In this document: positions 1 through 9,484 of the stretch, one piece after another
Layout: every line of letters begins with the position of its first letter
How positions within the stretch are numbered: the stretch's first letter is position 1
Assembly: GCA_034716415.1 (NCBI GenBank)
Contig: JAYEJB010000059.1
Span: 68-64,067 of the forward strand
Source of the DNA: Patescibacteria group bacterium
GTDB taxonomy: Bacteria > Patescibacteriota > Patescibacteriia > SG8-24
Reading direction: 5' to 3'
Length of the DNA: 64,000 bases
Notes under the pieces: model-generated
The model's input: only the letters and a program-made list of their open reading frames with translations
What the model was told of the DNA's origin: nothing
Databases searched by the model: none
Position numbers and translations under genes: made by a program

Positions 1-64
1 GGCGGATTCGCGCATCCCATCGCGGATTGCATCCGCTTTCATTATGGAAACGAAATGACCTCCT

Positions 65-93
65 CCCCGGGTTCCGCTCCGCTCCACCCGGGG
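65..93. repeat. REP-like GC-rich palindrome
   Basis: CCCCGGGT-tccgctccgctcc-ACCCGGGG inverted repeat in intergenic DNA. Confidence 0.5.
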
Positions 94-110
94 TTTCCTG
101 GGATATGAAA

Positions 111-138
111 AAGACGCGGACCTTCCCGTCCGCGTCTT
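111..138 (-). terminator. Intrinsic terminator after DUF805 gene
   Basis: AAGACGCGGAC-cttccc-GTCCGCGTCTT hairpin; A-run on the left gives a U-tract on the minus strand. Confidence 0.6.
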
Positions 139-155
139 TGAACTCTTGCGGGCTA

Positions 156-584
156 TTACGCCACCGGGGGCTGACCACCTTCTTCCGGAGTCGGCATCGG
201 AGGCTGATCGCCTCCCTGAACGGACGGGTTCGGCCCGTACTGGTTGGCCCCGGAATCACTACCCATCACCATGAACACCAGCAATACGATGGGTCCGACG
301 AGCGGCACGAATCCGAGAAGCAACCACCAGCCGGAACGGTTCGTGTCATGAAGTCTCCGCGCACTGACCGCCAGGCTCGGAATCAACACGGCCAGACTGT
401 AAAGCGTAGTGAGCACGCTGACAGCCATCTGCCCCGGCTCGATGGGTCCTGAAATCAGCCGGTCGACTATGCCCAGCACGATGTAAATGATGAAGTTGAA
501 CAGGGCGAAATACCAGTATTCGGCCCGGCCCGCCCGACCGCTGAAGACGGCGTATTTCTTCAGTACGCCAATATAATATTGCAT
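156..584 (-). CDS. DUF805 family membrane protein (YhaH/YhaI-like)
   Basis: Motifs YAVFSGRAGRAEYWYF, SARRLHDTNRSGWW and NQYGPNP; 3 TM segments. Confidence 0.93.
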   Translation of the reverse strand: MQYYIGVLKKYAVFSGRAGRAEYWYFALFNFIIYIVLGIVDRLISGPIEPGQMAVSVLTTLYSLAVLIPSLAVSARRLHDTNRSGWWLLLGFVPLVGPIVLLVFMVMGSDSGANQYGPNPSVQGGDQPPMPTPEEGGQPPVA

Positions 585-674
585 AAATAAACGTTTAGCG
601 ACTCGTTACGTCTGTAAATATAGCATGGATCGCGGATCGACAGAAGCCGTCGTGACAACCCCCCGAATACGGGT

Positions 675-789
675 GATATCCTATGCACAGTTTGGAGCAA
701 AACACAGACAGTCTGTTCCCCGCGGGAAACAGGCTGCCTGTTTTTACCCCAAACTGTGCATAGGATATCTGCTGTTTACCCCAAAAAAA
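675..789. repeat. 95-bp palindromic element with conserved tail, copy 1
   Basis: GATATCCTATGCACAGTTTGG...CCAAACTGTGCATAGGATATC; homologous copy at 58355-58468. Confidence 0.85.
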
Positions 790-807
790 TAATGAGCATA
801 AGGATTT

Positions 808-2613
808 TTATATCGCTTCAACCTGAAGCTTCAACAATAATCTGGCCATCCTCAACTCGTCATACGAATACTCCTCCCCGAGCAGTTCCCGTACCGGGGC
901 CAGTCTGTCTGTTTCGGTCTGCTTGAAAGCTCGTCCGATCTTCGCCAGTCGCTTCGGCTCGATCTGAAGATGGGCGACATCCGGAAAATCTCCGCCCTCC
1001 GCCAAATCCTCCAGGTGACTCATGACGGAGCCGGTCGTAAGACCGCGGCGTTCGGCGATCTGCCCCACGTCCAGACCCTGCTCCAACAATCGTTTGGTCT
1101 CAAGACGGGTGTCCAGTCGCGGCTTCTTCACGGAGTCGGGACTCGGCTCATGCGCCTGGATCACGGCCAGGAACGCCGCACCGAAATCATCCAGCTTCTT
1201 GGCGCCTACGCCGAAGATATCGGCCATGTCAGCCAAGGTCTTGGGTTGTCTGTCGGCCAGCTCATGCAACGTGCGGTCACCGAAGATCACGAACGCCGGC
1301 ACGTCACGCTCATCAGCCAGATCCTTGCGCAGCTGCCTGAGCTTATTGAATAGTACCGGATCGCCCTTGCCGGCCGGTACACGCCGAAATGTCTTCTCTT
1401 CAACCGCCTGCGTCACACTCAGGTCCGGTTCGCAGATATCGCACCCGCCGCAATTGCCTTTCGCGTACCGCTCACCGAAATATCCGAGCAAAAACCGCCG
1501 CCGACACGTCCCGCCCGAACAAAACCTGATGACCAGATCCAACTTCGCCACGGCTTTCCGCCGCTCTTCCGGATCATCCGACTGATTTATAATGAACAGC
1601 TGCTTATGCCGATCGCCATAGGTGTAGAACAGCACGCACCGGGCCGGGAGACCGTCCCGTCCGGCGCGGCCTGTCTCCTGATAGTAGTTCTCGATGGTCT
1701 TCGGTGAATCATGGTGGACGACCAGTCGCACGTCCGGCTTGTCGATACCCATGCCGAACGCGATGGTCGCCACCACCACCTGAACCTCATCACGGATGAA
1801 CTGCTCCTGCACCTGATGTCGCTCGGCCGTCTCCAAGCCGGCGTGGTACGCCTTCGCCGCAATCCCCCTGTCGCGCAATGACTCGGCCACCTTTTCCGTG
1901 GTCTTGCGTGACGAGCAGTACACGATGACGCTCTCATTCTCATAACCTCTCAGCAGACCGATCAGTTTGGGCAGGGACTTCTTCTTCGGCCAGACGGAAT
2001 ACGACAGGTTGGGCCGGTCGAAGCTGGTGATGAATATCCGCCCGCCGCCCAGCCCCAGCTGTTCGGCGATATCACGCCGGACCTGATCAGTGGCAGTGGC
2101 GGTCAATGCCAGCACCGGGACATCCTTAAAGCGTTGTCGCAACGACTGTAGATTCCGATAGTTCGGACGGAAATCATGCCCCCACTCGGAGATACAATGC
2201 GCCTCATCGACCGCGATCAATGATACCGACAGTTCACTCAGAAAATCCGCGAACGACGGCACGGCAAAACGCTCCGGCGCGACATATATTATCTTCAGTC
2301 GCCCGGCCAGTGCTTCGGATTGGACGTCGGCGATCTGGTTCGGTCGCAACGTGCTGTTGATGAAGGCCGCCGGCACGCCAGCCGAGTTCAGCGCGTCCAC
2401 CTGATCTTTCATCAACGATATCAGCGGCGACACCACCAGCGTCACGCCATCAAGCATCAACGCCGGCAACTGAAAACACAACGACTTGCCGCCGCCGGTC
2501 GGCATGATCACCAGAGCGTCCTTGCCGTCCAAGACATGCCTGATGATCTCCTCCTGCCCGGGACGAAATTCCTCATAGCCGAAATACTCTTTCAGTGGCG
2601 CTTGTAGATTCAT
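808..2613 (-). CDS. recQ: RecQ family ATP-dependent DNA helicase with HRDC and C-terminal HTH
   Basis: MPTGGGKS, DEAHCISEWGHDFRP, QETGRAGRDG, Zn-binding CRR...CGGCDIC, HRDC segment VPAFVIFGDRTL. Confidence 0.96.
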   Translation of the reverse strand: MNLQAPLKEYFGYEEFRPGQEEIIRHVLDGKDALVIMPTGGGKSLCFQLPALMLDGVTLVVSPLISLMKDQVDALNSAGVPAAFINSTLRPNQIADVQSEALAGRLKIIYVAPERFAVPSFADFLSELSVSLIAVDEAHCISEWGHDFRPNYRNLQSLRQRFKDVPVLALTATATDQVRRDIAEQLGLGGGRIFITSFDRPNLSYSVWPKKKSLPKLIGLLRGYENESVIVYCSSRKTTEKVAESLRDRGIAAKAYHAGLETAERHQVQEQFIRDEVQVVVATIAFGMGIDKPDVRLVVHHDSPKTIENYYQETGRAGRDGLPARCVLFYTYGDRHKQLFIINQSDDPEERRKAVAKLDLVIRFCSGGTCRRRFLLGYFGERYAKGNCGGCDICEPDLSVTQAVEEKTFRRVPAGKGDPVLFNKLRQLRKDLADERDVPAFVIFGDRTLHELADRQPKTLADMADIFGVGAKKLDDFGAAFLAVIQAHEPSPDSVKKPRLDTRLETKRLLEQGLDVGQIAERRGLTTGSVMSHLEDLAEGGDFPDVAHLQIEPKRLAKIGRAFKQTETDRLAPVRELLGEEYSYDELRMARLLLKLQVEAI

Positions 2614-2620
2614 AATTCGG

Positions 2621-2700
2621 GAGCTTAGGAGCCTAGAAGCTTAGGAGCTATTGTTTACTAACACACTCCTTAGCTCCTCGGCTCCTGCGCTCCTTAGCTT
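2621..2700. repeat. Inverted array of degenerate 8-mers just upstream of recQ
   Basis: GAGCTTAG GAGCCTAG AAGCTTAG GAGCT ... CCTTAGCT CCTCGGCT CCTGCGCT CCTTAGCT. Confidence 0.8.
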
Positions 2701-2742
2701 TATCTTTTCTTCGCTTCGACCAACCTTACCACGTGCGTACCT

Positions 2743-3000
2743 TTAGCCCTTAATAAGGCTCAATATCTCATCCAGCTTCTGCTCGATACTGATCAGCCGA
2801 TCCTGACTGATAGGTTGCGCTTCCGCCGGAATCGGAGCCGATTGTGCGGCTTCGCCTTCTGCCCGGGCAGTCTCGCCACAGCCTCCATTGCGCTTGTCAC
2901 ATGTCCAAAACGCCATATACGGCTTGTTTGTCTTTTTGCTCACTCCAGCCGGAATGAGGCGCATCTCCCTGTCGCATCGTTCACAGATCTTGATATTCAT
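2743..3000 (-). CDS. Small putative Zn-ribbon protein
   Basis: CERC ... FWTCDKRNGGC, then a short C-terminal coiled coil; co-oriented with recQ. Confidence 0.65.
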   Translation of the reverse strand: MNIKICERCDREMRLIPAGVSKKTNKPYMAFWTCDKRNGGCGETARAEGEAAQSAPIPAEAQPISQDRLISIEQKLDEILSLIKG

Positions 3001-3178
3001 AATGAGTGTCGATTACAGCCGCCTTAGGAGCGGTCGTGGATAAAAAACTCCGATCCCCAAAGAACCGGCGGTGAATATAGGCGGAGCGGAGATTGTTGTC
3101 AAATGGGGGTGGGTGGGGTGAGTAGACACAAGACCCAAGACACAAGTTTTTAAAAAATCCTTTCCCCCCGCTCTCCCC

Positions 3179-3251
3179 TTGTCATTGCGAGGAGCGGAGC
3201 GGCAATCCCGGCGGGATTGCTTCGTCGGCGGCGGTCTCCTCGCAATGACAA
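3179..3251. repeat. GTCATTGCGAG...CTCGCAATGAC REP/MITE-like element, copy 1
   Basis: Terminal inverted repeat with internal GCAATC/GATTGC; other copies at 16641, 17392 and 37151. Confidence 0.85.
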
Positions 3252-3280
3252 GGGAATGGTGGGAAAAACAGGAAAAGAAT

Positions 3281-3358
3281 AGAGGTCAAGAAATACAGGA
3301 GTACAGAAGTTTGAGAGTTTAAAAAATACTTCTGTACTTCTATACTCCTGTACTCTTC
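3281..3358. repeat. Inverted 8-mer array
   Basis: AGAAATAC AGGAGTAC AGAAGT ... ACTTCTGT ACTTCTAT ACTCCTGT ACTC. Confidence 0.75.
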
Positions 3359-3367
3359 CTGACCCCG

Positions 3368-4417
3368 TCACTGATACTGGATGAAGACGGGTTGCGGTGT
3401 CAGATCAAGGATCTCGGCCGGAGTCAATACGGGAAGGCCGTAATTGAGACGGTCGTTCTTGTAGAAAATCTTGAACCCGGTGAATTGGACCGGATACGGT
3501 ACGATGTAGGAATTGTACGAACCGAATTTCTGCCACGGTGGCCCCCAACCGTCCATGTCCATCACGACCTGCACCTCCGGCGTGGGTTCTATGCCGGTCG
3601 CGTTCGTTACCATCGGACGGGTGTAGCGATGGACGATCAGAACCTTAGGGGGCAGACCGCCGGCCTGAACCAGCCCGGACAGGTATCCGATCGCGGCGTT
3701 CACGTCCGTGGCATCGACGGAACCGACCCTCTGACCGGGCAGGCCGCCGTACTTCATGTTGAATTCCGGATCTATCGCCAGGTGCACCTGCGGCAGGACC
3801 AGATACTTCTCCAGCGCCTTGATCTCGCCCTGAAGGTCGGCCAGTCCCGACTGGACTTCCAGGATGACGATACCGTCGATCTTCTCGGCCATCGCTATCG
3901 CTTTGTCGATTTCCTTATCCGGCATGCGTAGCCGGTACTTGCCGTCCCTGCCCGCACCCGCCTGCGCGACTACCGCGATGTAATCGATCGCCGGCTGGAC
4001 CGGCGTCTCGGGGTCCGCCTCTTCCCAAGCAGCGACCTCGCGCGCCAGCATCTCAAGCATGGTCTCTTCGACGTATTCTCCGAGCACCCCCATACCTCTG
4101 GAATAGAAATTGCCGTAATACGCGACGATACGCTTGAACGGCAGGATAGCTCCGTATTCCGGATAGACTGATTCAGCCGGCCACAATTTTCCCTCATCGG
4201 TGCCGGTACCCACATCCATATGCGCGAGCCGTGCCAGCCTGCGATCATAGTCGAACCTGTCGAGCGTCGGCTCCGACGGCACGGTCGGACCTTCGACGGT
4301 CGACAACCCCCCGTCTCCGCGATCACGCAAGAGCGAAAACAGCGCGACCCCAAACAACGCCAGCGACAGCAACGCGACACCTCCAGCGACCAGCATTTTC
4401 GGAGTCGGTCTTTTCAT
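3368..4417 (-). CDS. Membrane-anchored conserved hypothetical protein (possible glycoside-hydrolase-like barrel)
   Basis: N-terminal TM helix; conserved-looking motifs RIVAYYG, GVLGE, VHLAIDPEF, KVLIVH, DMDGWG, GFKIFY. Confidence 0.75.
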   Translation of the reverse strand: MKRPTPKMLVAGGVALLSLALFGVALFSLLRDRGDGGLSTVEGPTVPSEPTLDRFDYDRRLARLAHMDVGTGTDEGKLWPAESVYPEYGAILPFKRIVAYYGNFYSRGMGVLGEYVEETMLEMLAREVAAWEEADPETPVQPAIDYIAVVAQAGAGRDGKYRLRMPDKEIDKAIAMAEKIDGIVILEVQSGLADLQGEIKALEKYLVLPQVHLAIDPEFNMKYGGLPGQRVGSVDATDVNAAIGYLSGLVQAGGLPPKVLIVHRYTRPMVTNATGIEPTPEVQVVMDMDGWGPPWQKFGSYNSYIVPYPVQFTGFKIFYKNDRLNYGLPVLTPAEILDLTPQPVFIQYQ

Positions 4418-4487
4418 GTATATATAACCGCAGACTTTGTCTACCTGAAATATATCAGGTGCAGGTCATACGGTCGATATCAATGAA

Positions 4488-4518
4488 AAACCAGACATCT
4501 GATAGATGTCTGGTTTTT
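4488..4518 (-). terminator. Perfect hairpin, probable terminator at the left edge of the AT-rich island
   Basis: AAACCAGACATCT-gat-AGATGTCTGGTTT flanked by A and T runs. Confidence 0.6.
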
Positions 4519-4635
4519 CATGGCTCAACACCGTGAACAACGTTAGAACCATAATTCAACAGAGTGAAGAATATATTTACATCCCAGATTTGAGGGAATA
4601 CGCGATGGTTTAGTTTTACCCTACCCCGCGTTACA

Positions 4636-7600
4636 CTATTTCTCTTCGACAATATCCTCAAATTTCCAGAATATACTGCTTCCTTCGCGAACCAAATCAT
4701 CAATAAGCGTATAGGTGGCCTTTTTTGTTTCCGAAGTATTGTAAAGGGTTCTTAAAGCTTCGACCCATTCGTCATCATACATGAAAGGCATACGCATTTT
4801 TTTACCGCGAACACCACCCTCAAGTAAAAACAGACGGGCAATTTCCAGAGTATCCGACGGACTCGCTTCGGCAAGTTTATCAATGTTTTTTACCAAAGCG
4901 TAATCCCAATCCAATGCACCTTGCGTTTTGCTCAAGGTTTCTTTCACTTTTTCGGCAAGCCATTTAGGGGCAAAAAGATTTTTCTCAAAATTAATCCAGA
5001 AACCAAAAGACTCAAAAATTTTCGAATCCGTATGATTTTCAAGTACCCATTCCCATAATTTGACAAGTCTTTCTCTGCTTTCCGTGTCTTTACTCAATTG
5101 CTCGTTTGCGCGCGCGTTATCACCCGATACGAACATTCTGCCAATAAAACTGATCAAATCAGCTTGTCTTTCGACATCTTTAGCCCAAAACTTTTTAAAA
5201 AGCTCGTCATCAAAACCAAATCTTTTGTGATAAACGATAAAAGCCAATGCGACATGAACCGCAATGCCTTCGTCGGGGTCTTTAAAATATCGACGATTTG
5301 AATCCTCATCGCCCGTTAAATCAAGACCGCGTTCATACAATTTCTGAAATTCGGGATCAAAGAAAATTTCCTCGTAAAGATTGTTGGCCAGATATCCTTC
5401 CCATGAGGCGAGATATAGATGTTGATTATTGCTGTCGGTGGGGAATATTTGGGGTAAAAGTCCATGAATCCAATCTTTATCGCGGAAGTAGAAAGACGGC
5501 AGATAATGACCGAACATGAACATCAAAGCGCGCGTGTTTTCTTCTTTCAAAACCGTTTCGTAAACCCCTTTGACCTCATTTTTGATTTTTACACTATCCT
5601 CTTTTGAGAATTGTTTACCGTCCTGATAAACGAATAAAACAAAAGCCTGGAAAGCCCGTCCTCGAACGGTGTTTATGGCAATGGTAAACGGATCGGTAAC
5701 TTGATACTCTTCTTTGTCTCCCGCCAAGCGCGTCTTAGAAACGGCGGTCTCCAATTCTTCGTCTTTCGGCTCGGGATCAGGTGATGAAAGCAGATACTCG
5801 ATTATATCGAATAGTTTGTCCCTATATTTATCAAAATCAATAACGGGTTGTCCTTCATTTTCATTCAACAATTCTTGTAAGACATCGGTCATTGAAGAGT
5901 GCACACCCGACCAGCTCGCAAGCCACGAGTCATAAGTTTCTCGCTCACGCTTTTCATAATCAAATGGCTTTTCTTTGCCCGATTTAACAACTGTAACCAT
6001 AATCTCGATTAAGTTATCCCAATCCAAGTCTTTAGCAACCGTTTTATCGACCTTCATGGCCTCTTGAATTCCCCTGAAAAATGAGTAAGTGTAATGTTCA
6101 TCGAGCACATCTCTATCGAAAAACAGGCTTGAGTTTGCCAGATAATCCTGCAAACGCTTGGCTATATCAGTACGTAATTGTGAACCGACTCCCTCAGCAT
6201 TAAGGGGATTAAGAAAATCATCATGAGTGTTTTGTACATGCAATACATCGGGTTTCCATTCATTTTTCAATTTTCCAATAATGTCGACGATTGTAAGTTT
6301 ATTAAACTCGTCTTGCGATATAGCTCCTCTCGGTGATACCGTTCCGCCTCGCATTGTTCCGATTGAGGTTTCGGGAATAAATTCGGAATCGCATTTGTTG
6401 CCGAAAATTTTCTCGCATTTATTCTTTTCATCCGCGGAAAGAAATTTGCAAATTGAAGACAAAATCTGCCATCCGTCACGTTTGTGCCACTGTTCTTCTT
6501 TTTTGTCTTCAAGCGATTTTCCGAAATATTGAAGTACTTTAGCGATAAATTCGCGTTGATAATCCGAATCGAAAACACCAAAAGACTTTTTTAAGGCTTT
6601 TTTATATTCGGTTCCCGACTCGATTTCATAATAATTTTTACCCGCTTCCATCACCTCAAACAATCTTGAAAACGCTTGCTTCAACCTATCTTGAAAGGCG
6701 TTCGGGCAAAGACTCATAACGTAAAGTTGCAATCGCCACATTGAACGACATTGAGGCAAGGTTTGAAAGCATTTATCGTAAATGAAAATCGCGGAATCAG
6801 TGTTTTGACAATTACTGCCGATAAGATTTTGAGCCAGTTTTTTAATACTTGCGGCCAATTCTTTGACATTTTCTCTATCTGATCTAAGGCGTTCGTTTTT
6901 CAAATCGAGCGTGAAAAAATCGACATCATAGAAAGAAAACATATCTTCAATCTCGAAAACGGCTTTTTCGTCGGATCTTTTATCACCCAATTTGACGATC
7001 TCGGATATTGTCAGACAGGCAAGTTCAAGTGCTTTTTCGGCATTTTCATCGTTAACGTTAACCAGATATTCAAAGATCTTGGTGTAAGATAAATCTTTAA
7101 AGTAGAATGGATTATCGGCAAGATAACCGTGCGAATTTTTATTGAAGGCCTCTTTCGTTTTTACCGCAAACACAGCTTTCGCCAGAATCAATAAACCGTC
7201 ATATTTTTTATTCTTTGCCAAAGTCGCAAACATTTTTTCATATTCAGAGCCCCAATCGTTGAAAATACTCATCAGCTGAACCCATTTGTCGTCACGAATT
7301 TTAACAACCATCCTTGCCAATTCTTCCGCAGGTAATGAACCGCAAATATGCAAAAATTGATCGACAACTTCGGGATTGAAATTATCTTTTGAAATTTCAA
7401 CTGAAAGCATACTATCAACCACTTCTTTCGGCTTCTTATCGGCAACCTTAACGAGATAATTCAATTCGGGAGTGCGATAACCGTATCGTGTGGGATCTTC
7501 GGATTTTTCTTTTATGACATTCAGAAAACCGTTTTGCCATAGAAAATCGAGCCAATTCTCATCGGCTTTTGTGTAAAAGTATTGCTTTGCATCGAGATTC

Positions 7601-7695
7601 TCTGAAATCAAATTTGACACAGCTTGAATCTGACTACCATCAGGCGCTTTTGACAATATTTCATCTATTCTTTTATGTAATTCAATCTGAGTCAT
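4636..7695 (-). CDS. Large alpha-helical hypothetical protein (1019 aa), candidate defence component
   Basis: Long AT-rich ORF, helical-repeat-like composition, no Walker A seen; last gene of the vsr operon. Confidence 0.85.
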   Translation of the reverse strand: MTQIELHKRIDEILSKAPDGSQIQAVSNLISENLDAKQYFYTKADENWLDFLWQNGFLNVIKEKSEDPTRYGYRTPELNYLVKVADKKPKEVVDSMLSVEISKDNFNPEVVDQFLHICGSLPAEELARMVVKIRDDKWVQLMSIFNDWGSEYEKMFATLAKNKKYDGLLILAKAVFAVKTKEAFNKNSHGYLADNPFYFKDLSYTKIFEYLVNVNDENAEKALELACLTISEIVKLGDKRSDEKAVFEIEDMFSFYDVDFFTLDLKNERLRSDRENVKELAASIKKLAQNLIGSNCQNTDSAIFIYDKCFQTLPQCRSMWRLQLYVMSLCPNAFQDRLKQAFSRLFEVMEAGKNYYEIESGTEYKKALKKSFGVFDSDYQREFIAKVLQYFGKSLEDKKEEQWHKRDGWQILSSICKFLSADEKNKCEKIFGNKCDSEFIPETSIGTMRGGTVSPRGAISQDEFNKLTIVDIIGKLKNEWKPDVLHVQNTHDDFLNPLNAEGVGSQLRTDIAKRLQDYLANSSLFFDRDVLDEHYTYSFFRGIQEAMKVDKTVAKDLDWDNLIEIMVTVVKSGKEKPFDYEKRERETYDSWLASWSGVHSSMTDVLQELLNENEGQPVIDFDKYRDKLFDIIEYLLSSPDPEPKDEELETAVSKTRLAGDKEEYQVTDPFTIAINTVRGRAFQAFVLFVYQDGKQFSKEDSVKIKNEVKGVYETVLKEENTRALMFMFGHYLPSFYFRDKDWIHGLLPQIFPTDSNNQHLYLASWEGYLANNLYEEIFFDPEFQKLYERGLDLTGDEDSNRRYFKDPDEGIAVHVALAFIVYHKRFGFDDELFKKFWAKDVERQADLISFIGRMFVSGDNARANEQLSKDTESRERLVKLWEWVLENHTDSKIFESFGFWINFEKNLFAPKWLAEKVKETLSKTQGALDWDYALVKNIDKLAEASPSDTLEIARLFLLEGGVRGKKMRMPFMYDDEWVEALRTLYNTSETKKATYTLIDDLVREGSSIFWKFEDIVEEK

Positions 7696-7697
7696 AA

Positions 7698-8240
7698 TTA
7701 TTTATTTTTGAATTTAAAATATTTTCCCAAATGCAGAATAAAACCAGTACATAGTTTATCAAAATCTTCTTCACTGATAACTTTAAGAGATTTGTTATCA
7801 GGATCTAGTAAAGTATTAGCATGTCCAATTGCCGAATCTTTAAAGTGTGCAAAATCATTAAAAAAATCTTTATAATTACGTATTGTCTCACACACCTGCT
7901 TTGCTTCATCTGAATCACTTCTTTTGGGTACGCATTTCAGAAATTTTAAGCAATTAGCTTCGAAATGCCCGTCAACCAACTCTCGAATTGATCCAGAACA
8001 ATGCTCTTTCCAAAATTTATCGTTTGATTTGGTATCCTCACTTTTAAATATGCTTTGGGCATTAAAGATAATATCTTCCGGTTTTACGTTTTTTTTATAA
8101 TTACCCATAATCCAGACCAAATGAATGTTAACGTTAACAATTTCAATCACCGATTTTGGTAGATTAACAACATCGTATTCCGCACCATTTGTGGAAATAC
8201 TTTTTTGTTCCGCTAATATTGGATCAAGGGTTTTACTCAT
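7698..8240 (-). CDS. Hypothetical protein (180 aa), possibly HEPN-like
   Basis: ATGA overlap with vsr; motifs HCSGSIRELVD and FFNDFAH; the fold call is inference. Confidence 0.7.
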   Translation of the reverse strand: MSKTLDPILAEQKSISTNGAEYDVVNLPKSVIEIVNVNIHLVWIMGNYKKNVKPEDIIFNAQSIFKSEDTKSNDKFWKEHCSGSIRELVDGHFEANCLKFLKCVPKRSDSDEAKQVCETIRNYKDFFNDFAHFKDSAIGHANTLLDPDNKSLKVISEEDFDKLCTGFILHLGKYFKFKNK

Positions 8241-8650
8241 TTATTTTCTTGCAACTTATTTAGTATTTTTTCCACGGTTTTATCAAATTTTTTCTTTATT
8301 TCATGCTCCCAAATTCTGATAACCGTCCAGCCTTTATTTTTGTAATACCGAGTGACTTCTTTGTCCCGCTCTTTGTTGCGAGCCATCTTGGCCTCCCAGA
8401 ATTCTCTGCGGGTTTCTGGCATTGAACCGTGCTCTTTGCAACCGTGCCAAAAGCAAGAATCCACGAATATTACGGTTTTCAATTTCGCCAGTACGATATC
8501 GGGTTTTCCAAAATGTTTGGTCGAATTTTTGCGGTATCGATAACCGGCTTTCCATAACTCTTTACGCAAGGCGATCTCGATTTTACTGTCCTTATTTCGG
8601 ACTTTGGACATTATTTCGCTTCGTTTTTGTTTGGAAAACTTATCGGCCAT
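8237..8650 (-). CDS. vsr: Very short patch repair endonuclease
   Basis: D..SKQKRSEIMSKVRNKDSKIE, GKPDIV, FVDSCFWHGC, GWTVIRIWEHE. Confidence 0.95.
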   Translation of the reverse strand: MADKFSKQKRSEIMSKVRNKDSKIEIALRKELWKAGYRYRKNSTKHFGKPDIVLAKLKTVIFVDSCFWHGCKEHGSMPETRREFWEAKMARNKERDKEVTRYYKNKGWTVIRIWEHEIKKKFDKTVEKILNKLQENK

Positions 8651-8653
8651 AAT

Positions 8654-8893
8654 TTATTTCGTAAAGCGAACTTGCAAATTAAGTTTGATGAACAAGTCAC
8701 CGTTTTCCTCATAAACGGTTCCGTATCCGTGACGAGTTGCACTCGGCGACTCCATTCTGGTGTGATTGAACAAATAATCCCTGAAAGCTTCGGCATTGTA
8801 CAAGTGATAACAAACCACCTCGCCGTCTTCGCGAACCACAATAACTCCTCCGTGAGCGCGCAAATTACCATCCCAAGCACTTGCGGGTACCAT
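8654..8893 (-). pseudogene. C-terminal remnant of an HpaII-family type II restriction endonuclease
   Basis: WDG...GGVIVVREDGEVVCYH.YN...F.DYLF..TRME.PS..RH.YG..YEENG..FIKLNLQVRF resembles the HpaII-family C-terminus; the 5' part is replaced by palindromic repeats. Confidence 0.8.
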
Positions 8894-8900
8894 ATAAAAA

Positions 8901-9250
8901 TGGGGTCAGGTCTTGTATTTTAACATTTTTGATATCTGGTAATGATACTATGTTAGACTTGACCCCGAAGCACATTCCCGCGTCAGCAAAATGCTCGCCA
9001 AGGAGCGGGAGAGGGCAAGAGTCAAGATGTGACCCCTATTTTAGTGAAGTATTGCCCAAAGACCAATAGCGACTGGCCATAAAAAAACGATATAAAGAAA
9101 AGTAAAAATATTTTCTGGAAACGGTGCGTCAATATATCCGACCCGCCAGAAAAATACTCCTATTGCAAGATAGCTTATTGCGATTAAAAATATTTTTATC
9201 TTCATCACTCACTTTATTAAATTTTGCTTGGGGGGGGTCAGGTCTTTAAT
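8901..9250. repeat. Cluster of GGGGTCAGGTCT / AGACTTGACCCC REP-like motifs
   Basis: Copies near 8902 (+), 8954 (-), 9024 (-) and 9235 (+); the first two form a hairpin. Confidence 0.7.
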
Positions 9251-9412
9251 TGTCGGATTTTCGACCTTAAAATCTAGCCAAAATGGTACTCACTGCAATT
9301 TTTGAGACCCGACTCCACACGATAAACAATTTAGCATAGCTACAACAAAAAACCACCACAAAGTGATGGTTTTTTGACTGAACGCATATGGGTCGCCACA
9401 CACGTTCACTCA

Positions 9413-9436
9413 TGGCTCCGAGGTGACGATTCGAAC
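9413..9436 (-). mobile_element. Degenerate copy of the tRNA-Asn 3' end (att-like site)
   Basis: TGGCTCCGAGG-tgac-GATTCGAAC versus TGGCTCCGAGG-gcga-GATTCGAAC at 16361-16384 (20/24 identical). Confidence 0.65.
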
Positions 9437-9484
9437 CGTTCTCCTGAAATTCAGAACCTAGCTCTAAGAATCTCGTGGTTCGCC

